Shown piece after piece: positions 55,433 to 64,000 of a stretch of 64,000 nucleotides of DNA. The DNA comes from Eledone cirrhosa (taxonomy: Eukaryota), in the NCBI GenBank assembly GCA_964016885.1, contig OZ024740.1, forward strand, positions 122,574,001-122,638,000, written 5' to 3'. Each line of letters begins with the position of its first letter. The first letter of the stretch is position 1. The notes below the pieces were generated by a model. That model had not been told where the DNA came from. It was given only the letters and a program-made list of their open reading frames with translations, and made no database searches. The position numbers and the translations under genes are program-made.

Positions 55433-58400
55433 CTATAGGCACATGGTCAGAGTAGGCCCATTCACATGAGCCATTCTCGCCATATTCATCCAACTTTTAG
55501 CAAATGTACTGGGAGGCAGCACTTCTCTCTCCACCCTCACCTTCCTTTCCAGGTGAAACTTGAAGAAGTTGATGAGGGATTGGCCGAAGAGAAAAGTGTC
55601 TGTCTTCAGTCCTTTTATCCTGGTCCACCATATAACCTCTTTCGCAACTGCCACTAGACAGAGGAAAATTTCCTGCTCTTCCTGACATAAGGAGGCGGTG
55701 CGTCGATCCACACGCGACAGTAGCTGTTCGACATAACTCCACAAGTCAGTAATGCACGGACATTGGACAAGTGCATGCAGAACGGTTTCGTGCGCATCTT
55801 GGGCCGGTCCGTCTGACAGCACTTCCGTGCCTGTAGAGTTTATCCCGAACCAGCAGTGCCCCCGGTAGTACTGCCAAACGAGGGATTTCTAGAAATTGTC
55901 CATCGTCCCCGGCTCGAAGGTCCTCCGGTATAGACTGGTCAGTTCGACTTCGTCGAGGCCCAAAGCTTCTCCGAGTGTGTCATTGCACTTTCCCACCACT
56001 AATCCTCTATAGAACTCGAGAGTGGAAGTTCCACTGATCGCATTGCCCGCTTGGTACAGGACAGTGAGTGCCTGGCAACATTCCAGGTGCCAGTCACCCA
56101 GTGTCGGTCTCTTCTTGACCCAGGATTGCAGTTCAGTCAAAGAAATGATCTGCGGAATCCTGTCTGATAAATGGCGACCACACCTGTTAACCGTTGAGGC
56201 AGAATATCTGGAGAAGTCGCAGCCTCAACGCATGTCTTCGCATCATTAGCCACGGCATGCCCAGCCCTCCGTGAAGAGGGTGCTGGCAGCAGATGGACTG
56301 CCTCACCAACGGATCTTGTCCCTTCCACAGGAATTTGAAGAGGAGCTGTTCCAACGTGACGAGGCGCGGACGAGGGCAAGGCACGACGGTCAGGCGGCAG
56401 TAGATGACGGACGCTATGTACGCATTCGCCACCTCCGCGCGACCTTTCAGTGATAGCTTCCTCCCAGCCCATTTTTGGGTGAGGCTGGCTACTCTGCTCG
56501 TTACCTCGTCCCAATTATTTTCCACCTGGAGGTCTGGTCCGAACCAAACTCCGAGCAACTTTACCAGTCCTTCCGTCCAGTTCCCCACAACGCTGTTGGA
56601 TGGCATGGGCTTGCCTCTCCTGCAACAGCTCCAGCTTCCGCAGTAAAGGCTCGAGAGTCAATACGTACTGAAGGGAAGAGAGAGAGTACCCTTGACTGAC
56701 GGACCGATTGGGAGAGCCGAAATGGTTCCGGGAGGTGGCCATTAACCTTGACCACCGAGCATGTGCCGTTGTGCATTGCAGCGATCCAGCTTCTGAAGAC
56801 AGAACCGAAGCCAGATGCTTTGAGGACAAACTCCAGATACCGATGGTCGACCTTATCGAATGCTTTCGATGGATCTAAATTGATCAGTGCCCCACCGAAG
56901 CCAGGTTTACACCCTACCCTCTCTATGATGTATCGCATGAGGTGGAGATTGTCGTGTATGGACCTGGCTGGGATTGCGCAAGTTTGCGCCTCCCCAACCA
57001 AATCCTCGACGACAAGCGCCAATCACTTTGCTAGCACCTTGGCCAAAATCTTAAACTCTGTGTTGAGCAGAGTTATGGGCCTGAAGTTGTCTAATGTATC
57101 CCTCTTGTTATCGTCTTTCCTTATCAGCGTCCCCACTCCCCTGCTCACATAGCTGAGAATACTCCCATTATGTTGCCAGTTGCAGTAGAGTGCTTCGAGG
57201 AGATCGGAAAACAAGTCTGGCATATTTACGTAAAGCTCGTAGGGCAGGCCATCCAAACCGGGTGACTTGCGCCTCGTGCAGCCGACAAGGGCTTCCTGAA
57301 TTTCGGCTGAAGTAATCGCCCTTTCACAGCGCTCAGCGTCGACCGTCGAGATGCGCGGCAAGCAGTCAAGGTAGGGACTGAAATCAGCTACTCTGCCTGA
57401 ATCGCCACTCTCCCCGAACAACCGAGCAAAGTGCTGGCAAAAGGCCTCACACATCCGTTGGAATCGCTTATCTCGTGTCCATCTCGGTTCACCAAAGACC
57501 GAATTGTGGTTTTATTACCACACTGCGCCTCCGCTATGCGGGCCCATCGAACAGCTTTGGTTCTCTCGTTTCTCAGCGCACGCGCCTTAGCTCTGACAAT
57601 TCAACCTTCTTGTTTCGCATTGAAGAAATGGTATAATGCCATTCTAGCAGCTAGCACGTCAGTTTTCAATGCCACTACAAATAGCCTCATCTAACTTATC
57701 TACCAGCTCCCCCTCCTTTCTATTTTTCTCTAACGCTAGTTCTTTACTGAACTCTATCGAAGTTACTCTAATCTCTCTTCAGAGAGCCCCCACCATCTGT
57801 TGTTGATGATCCCCCTGTCAACTTTTGCTGAACTAAATTGTTGACTCGGTCCCTGTAAGCCTTACGTGCCGGAAATGACATGTTCAGATTCCAGTAACTC
57901 GGTCCTAACCTACGCGTTTTATCTATGTCTGAATAGGCGACCGTTTTAAAATGTGGGCAGCCCACACTATTTCTATCTATTTTCCTAATGAAGATCCTGT
58001 CTATATACGATCTAGATGACCCCATTCGGTTGGTCCATGTCCATACTGGCACATTGGGGAAATCTAGTCGATACCTGTCAGACAGTTGGAACTGGCTGAG
58101 TAGGTGCTTGAGGCTTTTGCACCCCCGCTTCTATCGGCTACTCCCACACAATACCAGCATGCGTCTAAGATGCCATTCCAGTCCCCCGCTAACAGTAAAG
58201 GGCGAGACGTACTCAGAAAGGTCTCCAGGCGCCTAAAGAAGTCCGGTCATCCGGCCCCTGTACGGGCGTACACGGCCATCAGTCTAAAGGCGCCACCTTC
58301 GCTACTGCTCACATCCAAGAACACCAACTTACCGTCCGGGTTCCGAAGATCGACCTTACCTCGAGATCCAGTCCTCTCCTAAACAGCACTGCCACCCCAC

Positions 58401-58602
58401 CCCCTATTCCCGGCCTGCTAACAGATGTGAAAATCTGATAGTCGTCGAAAATGGGGGCTAGTGCGCGCGTGTCGGAAATTCTGGTCTGGCTGACGGCAAT
58501 CACATCCATTGCCAGCGTCCTGAGGTCGTTGAGCAGGCGACCCTGCTTCCAGGGTGACCCCAGGCCGCGAACATTTAAACTTCCTACTCTTAATATGGCC
58601 AT
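55433..58602 (-). pseudogene. Disrupted ORF2 (APE endonuclease + RT)
   Basis: GSLNVRGL, GGVAVL, SYIDRIF, KSPGLDGLPYELY, NFRPITLLNTEFKILAKVLA, KAFDKVDH, LLGVWF, GGLG. Many frameshifts, and the YADD region appears deleted near 56620. Confidence 0.88.
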
Positions 58603-58631
58603 GTTGGTAAGCTAAGAGAGAGAGGGAAGGT

Positions 58632-60642
58632 TTACTTACCCCCCGGGGTCTTGTGAAGGTCGGGTGGTTCGACCTCCATGGTTGGTGGGTTTTCTTTTGG
58701 GAACTCCTTTAAAAGTCTCGATGTGGGTTTCACATTCGGGCTTCCAACATCTTGAAGAAAGCTCTCTCGAATTTCTTTGAAGGAATTGAGTGACATTCGG
58801 ACCAGAAGCAAATATTCTGGCATGCAAAATATGCTCATTTCAAAAATCTCCACCCTCTGTTTGAATGTCCTTGCTTCGTGCTAAGAGGGCCATCAGTTTA
58901 TCGTTGGCCCTTCTGAGAAGCACGAAGTTTTTAACATTTCGTGGGTGTGGTTTTATTTGTTTTCGTTTTGGTGACTGTGGTGGTGACTGTGGCGGTGATG
59001 GTTTTGGTGGTGTTGTTTTGTGTATGTTTGTGTTTGTTTTAGGAGTGGTGTCTGCAATTTCAGGTATTTGTGTCTTTATTTGTACTTGTGTTTGTTTAGG
59101 TTGTTTGCGTTTCGGGGATTGTGGAGTTGGTGTCAATGTTGCTGTTGGTGCTGATGTTATTGGGGAAGTGTTTGCGTTAGTGGTGTCTGTATTTATTGTT
59201 GTGTATGTGTTTGTGTTTTGTTGGGGCTTTTTTTTGGTGAGTTTTCTCTGGGTTTTTTTTTCACTTTTGGGTTTTCCTTCATCTTCGCTGCTGGAAGACA
59301 AAGGGTCTGAGGCTGTGAGTGTCTCTGTGTCTGTGTGTGCGTTTATTGTTTTGTCTATGTGTATAATTGGGGGAGGGGAGGGGGAGCGGGAGAGCTTTCC
59401 CCGTTTGTCCCTTGGATTGGTTTTGGTGTTGGTGGAGATCCGGCTTTTTTCTGATGTTGGTCTCCGTGTCTTTGTCGGTGTTGTTTTTGGTGGTGCTGGT
59501 GGTGGTGCAGCTTTCCGTGCTGACACTGACGTTGGCAACAAAGGAGGTTTGCGACCCCCTGCATGTTTGCGCTGAGGGCAGAAGGCTTGCAGATACGTTG
59601 CTTCCCCGCAGACGAAGCAGCGTGGCCTTCTTCCCTCAATGATTAGTTGGATTGTTGTCCCGTCCTGCAGGCTGGCAAAATCCGGGATGTTTTCATGTTC
59701 TCCGGTTTCATTTGGAGAATCTCCAAATCCATTCCGGACCAGTCCTCTCTCTCTGTCCTTTTGATATCCAGGAGGGTAGTGTCTGTCCCCTCCTGGATTA
59801 CGCATCCCAGCAGCAATCATATGTTCATTCCTGGTGGGATGCTGGGAATGCGGACATTTACTGTCCTTTTACCCATGTAAGACGGATGCATGATAATGCG
59901 TTCCGTTCTGCAGGGGGTCACCGAGTGTTTAATAGCGAGGGCCTCGGTTTTGAACAGTACCGAGATGGTACCGAACCTTTTGTCTCTTGCTTTATACTCT
60001 ATGTTACTTCCGATGTACTCCAAAGCAGCCCCAACCTCTGCTTGGCTGGCAAGTTCCACTTTTCGTGTCTGCACCGAAATGCATCGAAAGTACACCGTCC
60101 TCCTTTGCATAGCCGCTATCGCCACGTCCGGGATGGTCAGGTTTGCCCAGGACTACTCCCGTTTAATTATCTCCATGCTAGGGCCAACTGTTCGTCTTTA
60201 TCGCTAATATCAATATCAATATTCAATAAGTGCTTTGTTTTTGCCGCTGCTGCAGCAACTGTGGAGTTTCTGATGCTCTTGTTTTTGGTGTTGTCATTCT
60301 TGCAGTTGTTATTGGTGTTGTTGTCGTTGTTTTGTTTGTTGTTGCTGTTGCCACCGCCATCCGTGTTTACATTGAAGCTGTCGGTGTTATTGTCGTTATT
60401 GCTCTGAGTTGTGTTGTTGTGGTGGTGGTGGTGGCGGCAGTGGTGGTGGTGATGTCGTTTTCAGATGATACTGCTGCTATCACAGAAGGATGTGATGGTA
60501 GCTTTTGAGTTTTGCCTTCACATTCAATAGAGTGGACGACAGGCATGACTGTAGCCGTCGCAGTCGTGGTGAAATCTACAGTGGCTGCCTTTACACTTTC
60601 GACCTGAACGTTGTTTACCCGGTCAAGGTCGAAAATTTCCAT
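58632..60642 (-). pseudogene. Disrupted ORF1 (gag-like, CCHC knuckle, low-complexity P/T/K region)
   Basis: PSYMGKRTVNVRI, IEGRRPRCFVCGEATYLQAFCP; split across four ORFs and ending 30 bp upstream of ORF2. Confidence 0.75.
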
Positions 60643-60861
60643 TTTTTTTGGTGGGGAAGCGACTTTTCGAAGTTTTTAAAAAGTAAATTTGAATATTCGT
60701 GCTTAAAGCCCGAATATTGAGAGGTATCCTCTTTAAATCAAGATGTGTACCTTAAGTTTTGTTAACGACAAGAAAATACAAAAAATGACACTTTAAAGCA
60801 GCTTAAAGTTACGAACCTTTTCCCCCGCAGATTTGTACTGTCTTCACACATGTGCGTCCAT

Positions 60862-60862
60862 G

Positions 60863-60922
<60 letters not shown>
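60862..60922. repeat. (TAA)n microsatellite between two LINEs
   Basis: About 20 units by direct reading. Confidence 0.95.
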
Positions 60923-60923
<1 letters not shown>

Positions 60924-61089
60924 GGGAAGAAGACGCACGAGGTGACGGAGGTCATGAAATCGCTCCCGTAAGTTTTGAATTTTTAACATATTTAAATCAT
61001 TTGTGAAATAACAACTCTTAGTACAAATGCTACGTAAAGCACCCGGCTTGAGCCCCAAAAAAATTCGGACCCAAAATATATTGTTATAA

Positions 61090-61735
61090 GGCTGAAATAT
61101 TCAAATATTCAACTTTGTATTGCACACTGTATATCCCCAAAAAAATGGCTATAAATGGAAGAAGAAGAAACCCCCCCCCCCTCCTCTCCTCTGGCTACAC
61201 TATATAGGACAGCTAAACTCACCAACACCAGAAACTAGATACACCACCCACCCCATCATCTGTGTACACTAAACACAACAGCATTTTCACCTTCACCGCC
61301 ACCGCTCACTACGGCCATCATTACCACCACTATCCCATCACCGCCGCCACCACCCCTTGACTCCTTCACTGCTGCTGCCACCGCTACAGCACCATCACTA
61401 CAGTAATACGGCTCAAATATTCAAATATTCAACTTTGTATTGTACACTGTATATCCAAAAAAAAAATAAAATGGCTATAAATTGAAGAAGAAGAACCCCC
61501 CTCCCCCTCCTCTCCTCTGGCTACACTATATAGGACAGCGAAACTCACCAACACCAGAAACTAGATACACCACCCACCCCATCATCTGTGTACACTAAAC
61601 ACAACAGCATTTTCACCTTCACCGCCACCGCTCACTACGGCCATCATTACCACCACTATCCCATCACCGCCGCCACCACCCCCTGACTCCTTCACTGCTG
61701 CTGCCACCGCTACAGCACCATCACTACAGTAATAC
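61090..61735 (+). repeat. Tandem duplication of about 320 bp in the putative 5' UTR
   Basis: 61090-61409 and 61410-61735 are nearly identical. Confidence 0.9.
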
Positions 61736-62306
61736 GGTCGCATCACCGCCACCACTGCCTCGGTATCGACATCACCACCACCACTGTCTCAGTATCGCCA
61801 ACGCCGCCAGTCTCTGCTGGCTACCACTTCCACATTATAGAATTCCTACTACTAACAAAGAGGAAGGCATCAAAATATATAGATAGACTCAAAAGAAAAA
61901 AGAAAAAACAAACAACAAAAGCAGCACAGCAACAACAGTAAAAAACGAGAAAAACAGAGAAAAACAAAAACAAAAAAAGAAACCCCAAAAACGTAAAGAA
62001 AATAAGAATGAAGAGAGAAGCAGGCGGACGGACAGAGAAGAGGGGGGAAAAAGTAAAACTTAAAAAACAAAAACTAAGTCAGACATTCGAATACTACATT
62101 ACAATGAAACTTATGCTTATTCATTTTTGGGGCCCTTTCTGCCCGTGTGTTTGTTTGTTTATGTGTGTCCGTATACAGCGTGGTGATAATGCCACACAAG
62201 GGCCAAGTGGGATGGCGGATCCACAGATGGCTATGTAAACATACATTCGCCAATCCTCGATAAGAGTGTTTAAATATCGAACATAAACAGTTCGAATAAC
62301 GGTGAA

Positions 62307-64000
62307 ATGGAGACTAGAACGTCATGTGACAGACTCTCACCCAACAGGTGCCCCCTGGCTCAGCAGCAGGAACCTGACTGTCAACCAAATACTGCTGATG
62401 TTGGAGGAAGAAGAAGAAGGAAAGGGGCCAGAACCAACTGGACGAAAGAATTGAATAGAACTGTTATGCAATGCTACCTGAAAAGTAACCCCAAGGAGAG
62501 GGGCTACAGGAGACGGATGCATAACATCTGGAACGAGATTGGTTTATTTAAATTAGATGAACAAAAATTGGCCGGGCAGGCTCGGGTAATAAGAACTAAT
62601 GGGTGGATAAGCGAGCTGGAACTGGAGGAACTGAGCAGAGAGAATGGCTTGGAGATGGCGGGTGTAGTATGCCAGACAAGCGAGCCGGCGGGAAATGAAG
62701 GTGAGTCAGTCAGTATAAACAGAACCGCATGTTCGACAACAACCAGAAGATGCTGTTTGGACAGCTTGAGGGGAAAGAAAGAGGCAACGACTTGATCCCT
62801 GGGGCGGAACAAGCTAAAACATTCTGGAGAGGAATATGGGAGCAGGATGTTAGACACAATTCCCAGGCAGGGTGGATTGAGACAGTACAGAGGGAGATCG
62901 GTGAGCAGGCACAGCAACAGACTGATTTGAGTATCACAGTTGAAACTCTTAAGGGGCAAGCCAAAAAACTAACCAACTGGAAATCACCAGGCCCAGATGG
63001 TGTGCAGGGGTATTGGATTAAACATTTAACATCCCTCCACCCGAAGCTGACGGCCATGTTCAATGACTGCTTGGTGTCGGGTGAGGTGCCAGAGTGGTTG
63101 ACAAAAGGTACTACAGTTCTGATAATGAAAGACCGAATCAAGGGTAATGATGTTACCAACTATAGACCTATCACATGTCTGCCCGTAATGTGGAAACTGT
63201 TGACGAGCATTGTGTCTGAGGAAATCTACCATCACCTCCACACAAACAACTTGTTGCCGGACGAACAGAAAGGATGCCGAAAGAAGTCACGTGGTACAAA
63301 GGACCAGTTGCTTATTGATAAGATGGTAATGGGGAATTGCAGGAGGAGACACACTGATCTTGCCATGGGATGGATAGACTACAGAAAGGCATTTGACATG
63401 GTGCCTCATTCCTGGATCACCAAAAGCCTGGAGATCTTCAGGGTGGCAGATAACATCAGACAGTTGCTGGGCAGGAGTATGGGGTCCTGGGAGACAGAGT
63501 TGACATCAACTGGAGTATCCTTGGGAAGCGTGAAGATCAAGAGAGGTATCTTCCAGGGAGATAGCCTGTCCCCTCTGTTGTTTGTCCTTGCCCTGATGCC
63601 CTTGACCATTATGCTGCGAAAAGTGAGAGCAGGATACAAGTTGGGAAGGGGAGAGCTTACCATCAATCACCTCCTCTTCATGGACGATCTTAAGCTCTTC
63701 GGGAAAAGTGAGAAGGAGTTGGATGTGCTTGTTGACACTGTCCGTATTTTCAGCAGTGATATATGTATGCAGTTTGGTATTGGTAAATGTGGAGTCATTG
63801 TGATGAGGAGGGGTAGGTTGAGCAGAAGTAACGGGATCCAGATACCAACAGGTGAGATGATAAAGGAAATTGACTCTGAGGAAGGATACAAGTATTTGGG
63901 CGTTCTGGAGGCTGATGGCATAAAGAACAAAAAAATGAAGGAATTGTTAAGAACTGAATACATTCGGAGAGTAAGGAGCGTATTGAAGTCACATCTGAAC
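62307..64000 (+). pseudogene. R4/Dong-like RT ORF with internal deletion/frameshift near 62710
   Basis: N-terminal frame from 62307, then an uninterrupted frame from about 62711 to the window end: QYKQNRMF, NWKSPGPDG, NYRPITCL, EQKG, WIDYRKAFDMVPHSW, RGIFQGDSLSPLLF, HLLFMDDLKL, YKYLG. Not in the ORF track because it has no stop. Confidence 0.88.

Larger units (their letters stand above)
55154..60861 (-). mobile_element. Near full-length Tx1/L1-like LINE flanked by (TAA)n on both sides
   Basis: ORF1 with zinc knuckle followed by ORF2 with APE and RT; AATAAA just before the (ATT)n tail; TCAT at both junctions on the element strand. Confidence 0.9.
60923..64000 (+). mobile_element. R4/Dong-like LINE, 5' part, runs off the window
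   Basis: Begins directly after (TAA)n. N-terminal WTKELNRTVMQCY..GYRRRMHNIW..EQKLAGQARVI..ELELEEL, then RT. Whether all of 60923-62306 is its 5' UTR is an inference. Confidence 0.85.

Noticed and set aside
58865-60407. Long plus-strand ORFs of 236 and 251 aa
   Set aside because: They are antisense shadows of the low-complexity LINE ORF1.

Overview
AT-rich, microsatellite-dense animal genomic DNA. The SINE families, RTE and Penelope content and long (TA)n/(CA)n/(TAA)n tracts suggest a coleoid cephalopod such as Octopus (inference). I could not support any host protein-coding gene; most short ORFs in the track are microsatellite or antisense artefacts. The window is dominated by retroelements: a decayed Penelope-like element with RT and C-terminal GIY-YIG (Hydra-clade-like, 19.4-22.1 kb), a near full-length Tx1/L1-like LINE (55.2-60.9 kb, minus), two R4/Dong-like LINEs sharing its (TAA)n flanks, RTE and CRE relics, tRNA-derived SINEs and a MITE pair. 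The most striking signal is six mutually unrelated long fold-back (inverted-repeat) elements in or next to (TA)n tracts. Five carry a type I hammerhead ribozyme motif, and further stand-alone hammerheads lie between TA tracts. One (25.7-26.5 kb) is an ORF-less 531-nt monomer with a 44-nt terminal redundancy and a canonical hammerhead, i.e. retrozyme-like. Two unrelated families show a compensatory U3-A8 hammerhead core. All structures were read by eye and coordinates may be off by a few bases.
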